From Oscillospiraceae bacterium (GTDB taxonomy: Bacteria; Bacillota; Clostridia; Oscillospirales; Ruminococcaceae), in NCBI GenBank assembly GCA_017421095.1, contig JAFQMB010000142.1, forward strand, positions 1-45,576: a stretch of 45,576 nucleotides of DNA, given 5' to 3'. Within the stretch, counting starts at the first letter, position 1. Every line of letters starts with the position of its first letter. Positions 9,535 to 19,401 of the stretch are shown here, in pieces. The notes beneath the pieces were generated by a model, which did not search any database, was not told the origin of the DNA, and saw only the letters and a program-made list of their open reading frames with translations. The position numbers and the translations under genes are program-made.

Positions 9535-11310
9535 TTACATCCCCATTCGGGTAACACCCCAATACATCCGCTGATTTTTCACCCGCTCCCGTTGTTCTTC
9601 ACTCAACTGATCCGCTTTGGCCCAGGCCGCATCGATATGCCTGCTGATGACATCCTCGTAAGGATGATAAACCTCAAACAAATAAGGAGCAACCCAGGTC
9701 ATGGTAAAGGTGGATTTACAATGCTCTGCCGCATCTGCCAAGCAGCGATAATAAAGGAACATATCCTCTGCTGCTGCCCCATAAAGTTTTTGGCAGGCAT
9801 CATAAAGAAGAGTTTCCGCATCCCTGCTGTCATCCCACATTCCAACCGCCGTGGGATACCAAAGAGGCCAACGCAAGACCCCTTCGTCGCCATGGGCATC
9901 GTAAAACACGTCGTCCACCCCATAGGCTTCAAAAAGTTCCAGATTTCTTGTGGTCACATTTCCCTGCACCCAAGGAGCCATATCCCAACCGGCTCTGGTG
10001 CCGCTGAGGCAATACCAACCCCAGATGGCCTTGTGCTGCAATTCGGAGTTGGTGATATAATCGGAAACGCTGTCCTTCCAGGATTGGGTATAGGTGTTGT
10101 GGGTGATGCTGTTGAAGCCGGTGGGAATCAGATGCCCCTCATCCAAAGGCAGCATCAGACTGGTTTCCAAACAGAACATCACCTCTACGTTGGGCAGCGC
10201 CTTTTCTTTCACCGGCGGGAAAAAGGTGGTGTGATAGGCCAAAATGCTGATCTGTCGGTCGGGGTATTTTTCTCCCACAATTTTGGCCACATTGTTGGCA
10301 AAAATGAGCAGCTCATCGGTGTCGCTTCCGGCCGCCACGCACCTTTCACACTCGCACCAGTTTTCTTCCCAGCCGTCGTTGGCTGCAATGGAATAGTTGG
10401 TCTGCATCGGTCTGGCATCAAAAATGCTGATAATCCGCCCGGCCACCTCTTTGGCCAGTTCCTCGTTGGTATAACAATACTGCCAATAGGTGAAACGGCC
10501 GGGGTCTCTTGAACCGTCCACCAAGGCAAACCATTCGGGATGCTCTTCATAATAAACCGAAACCGGAATCAAACCGGGCACTCCGTGGCCGATGTGGTTC
10601 ACCTGGCCGCCCAAATACCAACGACTAACGAGATTGGCATCCAGTCTGTTCAGCCGACGGGAAGAAAATCTCGGGCTCTGTTCCAGGTCCACCTCATCCA
10701 CGCCCAAGCTTTCACAGGATGGAATCACCTGCCAAAGGGGATCGGCAGCAAACCAACCGCATCCCGCCTCTTCCAGAAAACGGTTTACCGCAAACTGGGT
10801 GCCGGTATAGTTGCCCGAATCGTTTCCGCAAAGAATGAGATAATTTTCCTTGCGCTTGATCACCAGTTTTTCTTCGCCGGGATATTCCTCAAAGGGGCCG
10901 ACGCCCAGCGCTTTGGTTTTTTCGGTCATCCCCACCAAAATATAATTGCCTTCTGCGGTCATTTCGCTTTCGCTGATTAAGGGCAATACCACACCGGTCA
11001 TTTCGGAAATATGATATTGCAGATCCCAGGCCGCTTTTTCGGCTTTTTCTTCTTTTTGATCGGAAATCACAATCATGGCCCTGGCTGTCTTTTCTTCCAC
11101 CAGTAAAAAATCGTCTGTTTCCGGTGTTTGAGAAACAAACTTTTCATCAAGAACCGGCAACGCTCTCTCTACATCCGCCTCGTAATTTGATGTTTCGGAA
11201 GAACTCTTCTCTTCTTTGGGCGGATTTTGCTCACAGGCAGTCAAAACCATCATACCGCTCAAAAGGAGCGCCAGGAAAAACGCCGTCAAACGCATCGTTC
11301 GCTTCATCAT
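9535..11310 (-). CDS. DUF4838-like putative glycoside-hydrolase-related lipoprotein (paralog 1)
   Basis: Start at MMKRTMRL (11310), after a GGGGGA RBS. The signal peptide has a lipobox (LTAC). Family-like blocks include GNYILVG...NYLILCGNDSGNYTGTQFAVNRFLEEAGCGWF, NDGWEENWCECERC and GWYC. Confidence 0.8.
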   Translation of the reverse strand: MMKRTMRLTAFFLALLLSGMMVLTACEQNPPKEEKSSSETSNYEADVERALPVLDEKFVSQTPETDDFLLVEEKTARAMIVISDQKEEKAEKAAWDLQYHISEMTGVVLPLISESEMTAEGNYILVGMTEKTKALGVGPFEEYPGEEKLVIKRKENYLILCGNDSGNYTGTQFAVNRFLEEAGCGWFAADPLWQVIPSCESLGVDEVDLEQSPRFSSRRLNRLDANLVSRWYLGGQVNHIGHGVPGLIPVSVYYEEHPEWFALVDGSRDPGRFTYWQYCYTNEELAKEVAGRIISIFDARPMQTNYSIAANDGWEENWCECERCVAAGSDTDELLIFANNVAKIVGEKYPDRQISILAYHTTFFPPVKEKALPNVEVMFCLETSLMLPLDEGHLIPTGFNSITHNTYTQSWKDSVSDYITNSELQHKAIWGWYCLSGTRAGWDMAPWVQGNVTTRNLELFEAYGVDDVFYDAHGDEGVLRWPLWYPTAVGMWDDSRDAETLLYDACQKLYGAAAEDMFLYYRCLADAAEHCKSTFTMTWVAPYLFEVYHPYEDVISRHIDAAWAKADQLSEEQRERVKNQRMYWGVTRMGM

Positions 11311-11360
11311 CCATCCCCCATTTATGTTGAAACAACTTCTAAAAAAGGAAATCTTCGCTG

Positions 11361-13007
11361 TCAAATATTTTCTTTGGTTTCTGATAACAGGGTTTTGGTC
11401 TTGGCCCAATAGCCAAGCTGATTTTCCACCCGTTCTTTTTCCTTGGCGTTCAATTGATCCAAAAGGGGCAAAACTTCATCCACCGCCTGCTGGATGGCAT
11501 CATACTCTCCATAAACCTTATAAACCGCCGGGGGAAGCCAGGTGATCGCATCAGAAGATTGGCAGGCCGCCGCCGTTTCGGCCAATGCCATATAATAACG
11601 AAACATCCCCTCTGCCGCCCTGCCAAAGAGCCGATGGCAGGCTTCATAAAGAACACTTTCCGCATCCCTTTTGCCATCCCACATTCCCATGGCGGCGGCA
11701 TAATAAAGGGGCCAGCGAACCGGAATCTTTTCGGGGCCGCTGCCATCAAAGAAAACGCGGGTCACACCGGCATCTTCCCAAAGTTTCAAATTTCTTGTGA
11801 TCACATTGCCCTGCACCCAAGGCACCTCAATCCAATCGGCAAAATCGGTGCCGATGCAATACCAACACCAGATGGTGGGATGAGCCACCTTTCCCTTTTG
11901 GATATACTCATAAAAATTATCCTTCCAGGACTGGGTATAGGTCACCTGGGTGATGGGATTGGGGCCGGTGGGAATCAGGTGTCCCTCATCCAAAGGCAGG
12001 AACATGCTGGTTTCGGTGCAGAACATCACCTCCACATTGGGCTCCACCTCCATATTGGGCGGAAAGAAGGTGGAATGATAACTAAGAATGGAAATAAAAC
12101 GGTCGGGGTGGGTTTTTTGCAAAATCTTTGCCACCTTGTTTATCAAGGTTAAAATTGCATCCGATTTGTTTTCCCGTTTGCGGCACGCATCACACTCACA
12201 CCAGTTTTTATCCCAACCGTCGTTGGCGGGCAAGGGAAAAGAGACCATATTGGGGGTTTTATCAAAGTATTCCCCGATGTTTTTGGCCACCGTTTGGGCA
12301 AGCTGATCGTTGCTGTAACAATACTGCCAATATTCAAACCGATTGGGATCTCTTTCGCCATCCACCAGCGCAAAGAATTCCGGATGGCTTTCATAGGCAG
12401 ATTTGGGCGCAAACCAGGGCAGACCGTGGCCGGTGATCATCTCTTCGCCGCCCAAAAACCACCTTTCCCCTAATTTGCCGACGTTGCTGATCTGACGGCT
12501 GAAGAATCTGGGAGTGTGAACCGCACAAAGGCCCTCTTCCACCCCAAGATCGGAAAAAGACGGGATCACATTCCAAATTTCCTCGTTGCCATAAAATCCG
12601 CATCCCGCTTCCAAGAGAAAAGCGGTCACCGCAAACTGGGTTCCCTTGAAATTCCCGGTATCGTTGCCGCAAAGGATCAAAAAATTCCCGATCCGCTGCA
12701 AAACCGTCTGTTCGCCGCCGGGATAGGTGGTAAAGGGGCCGATTCCAAGGGCCTTTGTCTGCAAGGTTTCTCCCACCAAAATGAAATTACCCGTTGTCAG
12801 GTCGGCTTCACTCTCTTTTTTGATGGCAAAATCTCCGCCGGTGATGGCATCCAAATGGGTTTTCAGATCCTCTGCCGCGGCTTGTTCCTTTTCCTTTGCC
12901 ATATCAGGAAGAATGATGCAGGCAACAGCCTTTCCCCCTTTGGCCAGCAAAAGATCTGCCTCTTTGAGATTTCCGGTCACATATCGTTTTTGCAGTTGGG
13001 GCATCAA
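11361..13007 (-). CDS. DUF4838-like protein (paralog 2), no signal peptide
   Basis: A strong RBS (AAAGGAGG, 7 nt) precedes the ATG at 13007. The sequence starts directly at the conserved mature domain (MMPQLQKRYVTGNLKEADLLLAKGG). It shares the same blocks as its neighbours, including NWCECDAC. Confidence 0.8.
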   Translation of the reverse strand: MMPQLQKRYVTGNLKEADLLLAKGGKAVACIILPDMAKEKEQAAAEDLKTHLDAITGGDFAIKKESEADLTTGNFILVGETLQTKALGIGPFTTYPGGEQTVLQRIGNFLILCGNDTGNFKGTQFAVTAFLLEAGCGFYGNEEIWNVIPSFSDLGVEEGLCAVHTPRFFSRQISNVGKLGERWFLGGEEMITGHGLPWFAPKSAYESHPEFFALVDGERDPNRFEYWQYCYSNDQLAQTVAKNIGEYFDKTPNMVSFPLPANDGWDKNWCECDACRKRENKSDAILTLINKVAKILQKTHPDRFISILSYHSTFFPPNMEVEPNVEVMFCTETSMFLPLDEGHLIPTGPNPITQVTYTQSWKDNFYEYIQKGKVAHPTIWCWYCIGTDFADWIEVPWVQGNVITRNLKLWEDAGVTRVFFDGSGPEKIPVRWPLYYAAAMGMWDGKRDAESVLYEACHRLFGRAAEGMFRYYMALAETAAACQSSDAITWLPPAVYKVYGEYDAIQQAVDEVLPLLDQLNAKEKERVENQLGYWAKTKTLLSETKENI

Positions 13008-13082
13008 AATTCCTCCTTTGTCGGGGCAAATTTCTCACCCGACCAACATTTTATCCGTTTCTGTTGATGAAAAACAATCAAA

Positions 13083-14852
13083 TCAAAGATTGACCTTGGC
13101 ATAAAGCCAATATTTCAGCTGGGTTTCCACCCTTTGGCGCTCTTCCTCGGTCAAAAGGTCCAGTTTGTCCTTCGCCGCGAGGATCGCCTCGTCGATTTCC
13201 TGCTCATTGACACTGTAAATATCCAACACATAAGGGGGCACCCAGGTCATTCCGTAAAACTGCTCGCCATACTCCGCCGCGTCGGCCAAATGCCGATAAT
13301 AGAGGAACATCTCCTCTGCCGCCGCTCCATAAAGCTTTTGACAGGCATCATAAAGAAGGGTTTCCCCATCCCGACTGTCATCCCACATCCCAACGCCAAG
13401 GGCATAAAACAAAGGCCAGCGCAGATCGGCCAGTTCGCCGTTGCAATCATAAAAGACTGTTTTTATCCCCATCTCTTCAAAGAGATCCAGATTTCTTGTG
13501 ATCACATTCCCCTGCACAAAGGGCACCCGGCCCCATTCTCCCCGCCCGGTGGCAATGCAATACCAACCCCAAATAGATCTGGTCTGCAATCCGGTATCAT
13601 CCATATATTGCTGCACGCTGTCTTTCCAGGATTGGGTATAAACATTTTTGGTCAACCCGTGGATACATTCGTGGATCAGTTCCCCTTTTGCCAGATCGGC
13701 CATGGGGCTGGTTTCCAGGCAAAACATCACTTCGGTGTTTTTGTGTGCCTTGGTCTTCAAAGGGGGCAAAAAGGTGCTGTGATAGGCCAGAATACTGATT
13801 GTTCTGTCGGGATATTTCAAACTTGTGATGGCTGCCACATTGTTGGCCAACACAAGCAGCTGATCGGTTTGGTTGCCGGCCGCCCGGCATCTTTCGCACT
13901 CACACCAGCCCTCGTCCCAACCGTCGTTGGCCGCCACCGTATAGCTGGTCAAATTGGGGTTGCCGTCAAAATTGTTCATCACTTTTTGGGCCACAAAAGC
14001 CGCCAAATCGGGATCGGTATAACAAAATTGCCAGTATTCAAACCGACCGGGATCTCTGGAATCCCCCACAAGGGCATACCATTCGGGATGCAGATCATAA
14101 TATCCGCTCCCTACCAACCAGCTCATTCCATGGCCAATGGTGTTTTGCTGGCCGCCCAAATACCATCTCAATCCCAGGTTATAAGAAATGCCGCTCATAC
14201 TTCGGCTTTCAAAACGGGGGGATTGATCCATATCCACCTGCCCCACCGCCAAAGACGACAGGGTCGGCACCACCTGCCAAAGGGGGTCGTTTGTGAACCA
14301 ACCGCATCCGGCCTCCTCCAAAAAACGGGTCACCGCATTGAATGTTCCCCGAAAACTTCCGGTGTCATTGCCGCAAAGGATCAGATAATTTCCTGCCCGG
14401 CGCAGGGCAAAGCCCTCCCCTTCCGGATAGGCGGGATAATTCCCCTCGCCCAAGGAAAGAGTTTGCTTTGTGGCACCGATCAGGATAAAATTCCCCTCGC
14501 TAAGATCAGCATCGTCGGTGATGATCTCAAGCAAAACATTTGTCATTCGGTTCACATAATTTTGCAGATCATAGGCGGCGGCCACCTCTTTGTCGGTGGC
14601 CTCTTTTGGAATCACAATTTTTGCGGCCGCAACACCATTCTGTACCAACAAAAGATCCCCTTCTGCAGGCGAATCGGTGACAAACTTTTTGGCCATTTGG
14701 GGCAGCGGGCGATCGCTGTCCGGCCCCTCACTCACCGTTTCGGAAACGGGTTCGCTCTTTTCAACCTCCACTTTTCCGCAGGCAGAGAGCAGGCAAAGAA
14801 CAGCCAGCAGCAAAGCCAGCCAAAAAGCAACCGTTTTTTCTTTTCTGCCCAT
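13083..14852 (-). CDS. DUF4838-like putative glycoside-hydrolase-related lipoprotein (paralog 3)
   Basis: GGAGG lies 7 nt before the ATG at 14852 (MGRKEKTVAFWLALLLAVLCLLSACGK; lipobox LSAC). By eye it is roughly 60% identical to paralog 1 over the aligned blocks. Confidence 0.8.
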   Translation of the reverse strand: MGRKEKTVAFWLALLLAVLCLLSACGKVEVEKSEPVSETVSEGPDSDRPLPQMAKKFVTDSPAEGDLLLVQNGVAAAKIVIPKEATDKEVAAAYDLQNYVNRMTNVLLEIITDDADLSEGNFILIGATKQTLSLGEGNYPAYPEGEGFALRRAGNYLILCGNDTGSFRGTFNAVTRFLEEAGCGWFTNDPLWQVVPTLSSLAVGQVDMDQSPRFESRSMSGISYNLGLRWYLGGQQNTIGHGMSWLVGSGYYDLHPEWYALVGDSRDPGRFEYWQFCYTDPDLAAFVAQKVMNNFDGNPNLTSYTVAANDGWDEGWCECERCRAAGNQTDQLLVLANNVAAITSLKYPDRTISILAYHSTFLPPLKTKAHKNTEVMFCLETSPMADLAKGELIHECIHGLTKNVYTQSWKDSVQQYMDDTGLQTRSIWGWYCIATGRGEWGRVPFVQGNVITRNLDLFEEMGIKTVFYDCNGELADLRWPLFYALGVGMWDDSRDGETLLYDACQKLYGAAAEEMFLYYRHLADAAEYGEQFYGMTWVPPYVLDIYSVNEQEIDEAILAAKDKLDLLTEEERQRVETQLKYWLYAKVNL

Positions 14853-15022
14853 AAAAACACCTCCGAAATGGCACATCTTCTCGCCTTTATTCTATAAAAG
14901 AACCACAAAATCGGCGAGTTCAGATTGGCTCTTTTTGTGTTCTCAATCACCTGTTTTTTCCAAGTTTGCTGTCAAAAAGCAGGAAATGACACCTCCCCTT
15001 TTTCATCTTTGAAAAATAGCAC

Positions 15023-15059
15023 AAAAAAATCCTCTGACTTTTGGTCAAAAAGCCAGAGG
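15023..15059 (-). terminator. rho-independent terminator of rex
   Basis: Hairpin 15031-15059 (CCTCTG-A-CTTTT / AAAAG-C-CAGAGG, loop GGTCA) is followed on the minus strand by U7 (plus-strand A-run 15023-15029). Confidence 0.75.
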
Positions 15060-15090
15060 AAATTTTCAAAATCATCAAACTTTCGATGGG

Positions 15091-15744
15091 TCACTGGGAT
15101 GTTTCAGGCAACTCCTCCGCTCGGCACATCTGATAACTCAATGTGAGCATGGCGTCGCCGATGTGGACATTCTGCACCATCACGTCGGGATGATCGGCCA
15201 AAATGTCATAGCGGCTGAAATTCACGAATCCCCGAATACCCAGTTTTATCAACTGGCCACACATCTCCTGTGCCGCCCACGGTCCCACACAGATCACCGC
15301 AGCTTCCGGTTTTTCCTTTTTGCAAAATTCTGTGAGGTTGTTTATGTGCTGCACCGTCAAGCCGCCATAACTCTCTCCCACTTTTCTGATATCGGCATCG
15401 AAAATCCCCACCAAATACAGCCCTTTGCGCTCAAAGGCCGTGTATCCTGCCAGGGCCCGGCCCATATTGCCTGCCCCCAGCAAAATCGCCTTTCTGGGAC
15501 GGTCGATGCCCAAAATTTCACCAATCTTTGCCCGAAGGGTGGGGATATGGTAACCATATCCCTGCTGCCCGAAGCCGCCAAAGCAATTGAGATCCTGACG
15601 GATCTGAGAGGCGGTCAGGTTCATCCGTTTGGCCAATTCCCCGGAAGAAATTTTGGTGATCCCCATAGCCTCCATATCCGAAAGGAAACGATAATAACGG
15701 GGCAAACGCCGCACCACCATCATGCTGATCGATTCCTGTTTCAT
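15091..15744 (-). CDS. rex: redox-sensing transcriptional repressor Rex
   Basis: RRLPRYYRFL...ISSGELA...ASQIRQDLNCFGGFGQQGYGY followed by a Rossmann GAGNMGRAL motif; this is the classic Rex architecture. Confidence 0.92.
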   Translation of the reverse strand: MKQESISMMVVRRLPRYYRFLSDMEAMGITKISSGELAKRMNLTASQIRQDLNCFGGFGQQGYGYHIPTLRAKIGEILGIDRPRKAILLGAGNMGRALAGYTAFERKGLYLVGIFDADIRKVGESYGGLTVQHINNLTEFCKKEKPEAAVICVGPWAAQEMCGQLIKLGIRGFVNFSRYDILADHPDVMVQNVHIGDAMLTLSYQMCRAEELPETSQ

Positions 15745-15789
15745 CTCATTTGCTCCTTTCTGTTCTACCGAAAGTTCACAATTTCTGTT

Positions 15790-16947
15790 TCAAGCGCCCA
15801 TCACGCGCATCAAAGCCTCGGCATAGCCCTTGGCGGTTGCGCCGCCCTCTCTGCCGGTGAAGACCATCTCGCCCGAAGAAGAAAGCTGATCCAGCGCCTG
15901 TTCCAACCGATCGGCCTTTTCCTGCTGGCCGATGTGGGACAAAAGCAACACGGTGGCCCGCAGCATGGAATTGGGATCGGCATAATCGCCTCTTCCTTCC
16001 TGCATCATTCGGGGTGCCGAACCGTGAATGGCTTCAAACATGGCATATTTCTTGCCGATGTTGGCGCTGCCGGCGGTGCCGACACCACCCTGGAACTCGG
16101 CCGCCTCGTCGGTAATGATGTCCCCGTAAAGGTTGGGCAGAATAAACACCTGGAAATCTTTCCGCCGCTTTTCATCGATCAATTTGGCGGTGGTAATATC
16201 GATATACCAATCGTTGGTTTCGATTTCAGGATATTCCTTGCCGATGTTGCGGCAGATGTTCAAGAAGTTGCCGTCGGTGGTTTTGATGATGTTGGCCTTG
16301 GTGATGATGCTCACCCGATCTTTTTTGTTGTTTCTGGCATATTCATAGGCCAGACGGGCGATCCGCTCGGTGCCCTGGGTGGTGGTCACCACAAAATCAA
16401 ATGCCAGATCTTCATCAATATTCACCCCATAAGAGCCCAGGGTATAAGCCCCTTCGGTGTTTTCCCGGAAGAAGGTCCAGTCAATGCCCAGTTCTTTCAC
16501 CTTCACCGGCCGTACATTGGCAAACAAATCCAAGGCCTTCCGCATAGCAACATTGGCGCTTTCGATGTTGGGCATTCCGCTTTTGGCATCGGGAGTGGTG
16601 GTGGGCCCTTTCAGAATCACATGGCAGCGTTTGAGTTCTTCCATCACATCGTCTGGAATGGCCTTGTTGTGCGCGATTCGGTTTTCAATGGTCAGTCCGG
16701 TGATCTCTTTGAAGACCACCTTGCCGCTTGCCACCTCATCCTGCAAAAGGAATTTCAACACATCGGCTGCCACCTGCGTGATCACCGGGCCGATGCCGTC
16801 GCCGCCGCAGATACCGATCACAAGCGGATCCAACGATGCATAATCAATAAAATCCCCTTGATCCTTCATCGCCTGCACCCGTTTTAACTGAGAAGCGATC
16901 AACTCGGCAAAGCGATCGGTTCCCACCTTGATTTTTTCTTCCATCAT
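15790..16947 (-). CDS. isocitrate/isopropylmalate dehydrogenase family protein (likely isocitrate dehydrogenase)
   Basis: GGAAGGAG precedes the ATG at 16947. Motifs GDGIGPV, FRENTEGAY, NLYGDIITDEAA and GSAP are typical of beta-decarboxylating dehydrogenases. Confidence 0.8.
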   Translation of the reverse strand: MMEEKIKVGTDRFAELIASQLKRVQAMKDQGDFIDYASLDPLVIGICGGDGIGPVITQVAADVLKFLLQDEVASGKVVFKEITGLTIENRIAHNKAIPDDVMEELKRCHVILKGPTTTPDAKSGMPNIESANVAMRKALDLFANVRPVKVKELGIDWTFFRENTEGAYTLGSYGVNIDEDLAFDFVVTTTQGTERIARLAYEYARNNKKDRVSIITKANIIKTTDGNFLNICRNIGKEYPEIETNDWYIDITTAKLIDEKRRKDFQVFILPNLYGDIITDEAAEFQGGVGTAGSANIGKKYAMFEAIHGSAPRMMQEGRGDYADPNSMLRATVLLLSHIGQQEKADRLEQALDQLSSSGEMVFTGREGGATAKGYAEALMRVMGA

Positions 16948-17022
16948 TTCCAAACTCCTTCCCATTGGGCCTTGATTCTATTTTCGCCCGTCTCTTTTGT
17001 CAGACGGGATCCAATATCCATA

Positions 17023-17964
17023 TTACTTTTCTGTCCGGACTGCAATTTTTTTGCCATCCGAAACCACCACAATATTCCCCTCATCCCTTGTGATGTAAAT
17101 TTCCACATCCGCGTTCTGCAATCTTTTCATAATTTCGCTGTGGGGGTGGCCGTATTCATTATCCTCGTCCACGCTGATGAGTGCAATCGAGGGAGATACC
17201 GCATTCAAAAACCGCTTGCTTGTGGAGGTGGAGGAACCGTGATGCCCCACTTTGAGCACATCCGCAGAAAGATCGCATCCAGCATCAATCAGATCCTTTT
17301 CGGCCCCCGATTCCATATCGCCGGTAAACAAAAATTTGGTGCTGCCATAGGTCACTTTCAAAACAATGCTGGTTTCATTGAGATCGTCATAAAGTTCTCT
17401 GGGCCCCAGAATTTCCACCTTTGCGCTGCCCAGATAAAAACTCTTTCCTGCCTCAGCCTTGGTCACCGGAATCTTCTTTTCGCTGATCACCGTCAAAAGA
17501 TCCAGATAGGTTTTGGTGGTGGGGGTTGCCTCTTCGGCCATATCGCTCAAATAGACCCGATCACAGGGAATTTTGGAAAGCACCGTGTCAAGACCGCCGA
17601 TGTGATCCGAGTGGGCATGGGTTCCCACCGCAATATCCAATTTTTTCACACCCTGAGAAGAAAGATAGGAAAACACCCGATCACCGGCATCATTTTCCGC
17701 CGCATCGATCAGCATATTCTTTCCGTCACACTGAACCAGCAGAGCATCGCCGATTCCCACATCAATCATATGTACCGAAAAATTGCCGTTATCTGCAACG
17801 CTGACAGATTCCAGACTGCCTTCTTCGATCCCAAACCATTCGTTCCAACGCTCCTGAAATCCGCTGGGGTCAACCAACCGATAGACGAGCAACCCAACCA
17901 GCAAGACCACAACCGACAACACCAGTTTGGTCAGCTTTTGTTTTTGTTTCTTGGTCATTTTCAT
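17023..17964 (-). CDS. membrane-anchored MBL-fold hydrolase (ComEC C-terminal-domain-like)
   Basis: An N-terminal TM segment, then VHMIDVGIGDALL, the HAHSDHIGG metal-binding motif and VGHHGS. Confidence 0.8.
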   Translation of the reverse strand: MKMTKKQKQKLTKLVLSVVVLLVGLLVYRLVDPSGFQERWNEWFGIEEGSLESVSVADNGNFSVHMIDVGIGDALLVQCDGKNMLIDAAENDAGDRVFSYLSSQGVKKLDIAVGTHAHSDHIGGLDTVLSKIPCDRVYLSDMAEEATPTTKTYLDLLTVISEKKIPVTKAEAGKSFYLGSAKVEILGPRELYDDLNETSIVLKVTYGSTKFLFTGDMESGAEKDLIDAGCDLSADVLKVGHHGSSTSTSKRFLNAVSPSIALISVDEDNEYGHPHSEIMKRLQNADVEIYITRDEGNIVVVSDGKKIAVRTEK

Positions 17965-18019
17965 CCCCGCCCGTCCTCCTGTTTGTTATATTTTTCGAAC
18001 ATATAACTTTTTATATATT

Positions 18020-19369
18020 TTATTTCCTTTTCACCTGCTCTTTTGCCGCGGCCAACAGGGTTTCTTTTTGGTTTTTCAATCTTCCATCCAACACCTGATC
18101 CAAAAGGTTTGCCAGCATCCGACCGATCTCTTCGCCCTCAAAGCCCAAAGAAAGAAGATCCTCTCCCTTCAGTTTCAGATCCCGAAGAGAAAAACAATCC
18201 TCTTCTGCCAACAGCCTTTTTCCCCGCTCTTCCAGCAAATCCAACGCCTGATTGGAAGCTGCACGAAAACGGTCACTCTGGCCGAACGTGTCTGCCCGGC
18301 GGAAGGTCAGATAATCCGAAAAATGCTCCTTCCCCAGTCGATGCAACAATTTCCGACAGGAAGCATCGGTGTTTTCAAAACGAAGATCATGACAGCGCAC
18401 CAGATGGCAGACCTCTTTGATGGTGGCATTATCCGCCCGCAACCGCCGCAGAATCTGTTCAGCCAGATGGGCAGACTGTTCGGGATGGCCCTTGAAATGA
18501 TCAATTCCCTCTTTATCGGTGGTTTTCAAAGCCGGCTTGCCCATATCGTGAAAAAGCGCCACCAACCGCAAAACCTTTTCCCCTGGCAGAGCGTCGATCA
18601 CCCATAAGGTGTGTTCCCAAACGCTTTTATCGTGATAAGGGCTGTTTTGTTTGCAATCAAACATGGGCTCCAACTCGGGCAACACCGGGAGCAAAACTTC
18701 CCCATACAAAGAAAGCACTCTTCCTGCCCCCACACCGCACAAAAGTTTCACCAACTCGGCGTAAATCCGTTCGGGAGAAATGGCAGACAAAAGATTCCGA
18801 CATTCTGTCATTGCCTTTGCCGTTTTTTCTTCGATGGTAAAATCCAGTTCCGATGCAAACCGCATGGCCCGCAAAATCCGAAGGGCATCCTCCCGAAATC
18901 GAGCAATAGGATCCCCCACACAGCAGACGATCTTTTGTTTCAGATGCGCTCTGCCGCCAAAGAGATCCAAAAGCCCCTCTTCACTATGATAAGCCATCGC
19001 ATTGATGGTGAAATCCCGTCTGGCAAGGTCTTGGTCCGGCTTTTCCAAAAAGGTCACCTCATCCGGTCGTCTGTGGTCGGAATAACTGCCCTCTGAACGA
19101 AAGGTGGTGATCTCAATGGGCATTTCGTCGGTCAAAAGGGTAACGGTGCCGTGACGAATGCCGGTGGGCAACACTTTGGCATCGGAAAAAACAGCCGCCA
19201 CCTCTTCCGGTTTGGCCGAGGTGGTCACATCCCAATCCTTGGGGATTCTTCCCAAAAGAGAATCCCGCACACATCCGCCCACCGCATAAGCAGAAAATCC
19301 CGCCCGGTGCAATCGATTCAACACCTGCTGCAACACCAAAGGAAGCCGGATCAAAGATTCCTCCTGCAC
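18020..19369 (-). CDS. cca: CCA-adding tRNA nucleotidyltransferase (polyA-polymerase head plus HD domain)
   Basis: AVGGCVRDSLLG, DWDV and HD-domain LFHDMGKP motifs. Track ORF 18020..19591 runs into ung. I placed the start at the GTG at 19369 (GGTGGG 9 nt upstream); the TTG at 19354 is an alternative, so the start is uncertain. Confidence 0.8.
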   Translation of the reverse strand: MQEESLIRLPLVLQQVLNRLHRAGFSAYAVGGCVRDSLLGRIPKDWDVTTSAKPEEVAAVFSDAKVLPTGIRHGTVTLLTDEMPIEITTFRSEGSYSDHRRPDEVTFLEKPDQDLARRDFTINAMAYHSEEGLLDLFGGRAHLKQKIVCCVGDPIARFREDALRILRAMRFASELDFTIEEKTAKAMTECRNLLSAISPERIYAELVKLLCGVGAGRVLSLYGEVLLPVLPELEPMFDCKQNSPYHDKSVWEHTLWVIDALPGEKVLRLVALFHDMGKPALKTTDKEGIDHFKGHPEQSAHLAEQILRRLRADNATIKEVCHLVRCHDLRFENTDASCRKLLHRLGKEHFSDYLTFRRADTFGQSDRFRAASNQALDLLEERGKRLLAEEDCFSLRDLKLKGEDLLSLGFEGEEIGRMLANLLDQVLDGRLKNQKETLLAAAKEQVKRK

Positions 19370-19401
19370 CGCGAAATTCCCACCTTTCCTTTCCTGTTCG
19401 C

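Noticed and set aside
15758-15781. A Rex operator between the dehydrogenase gene and rex (TTGTGAA half-site, plus-strand TTCACAA at 15775-15781).
   Set aside because: Only one half of the TTGTGAA-N4-TTCACAA palindrome is present. The partner half reads CGGTAGA, so this is not a credible Rex box.
16985-17015. The hairpin CCCGTCT-cttttgtc-AGACGGG between the MBL hydrolase and the dehydrogenase gene, considered as a terminator.
   Set aside because: No U-tract follows it on either strand. The two genes are probably co-transcribed, or the hairpin has another role.
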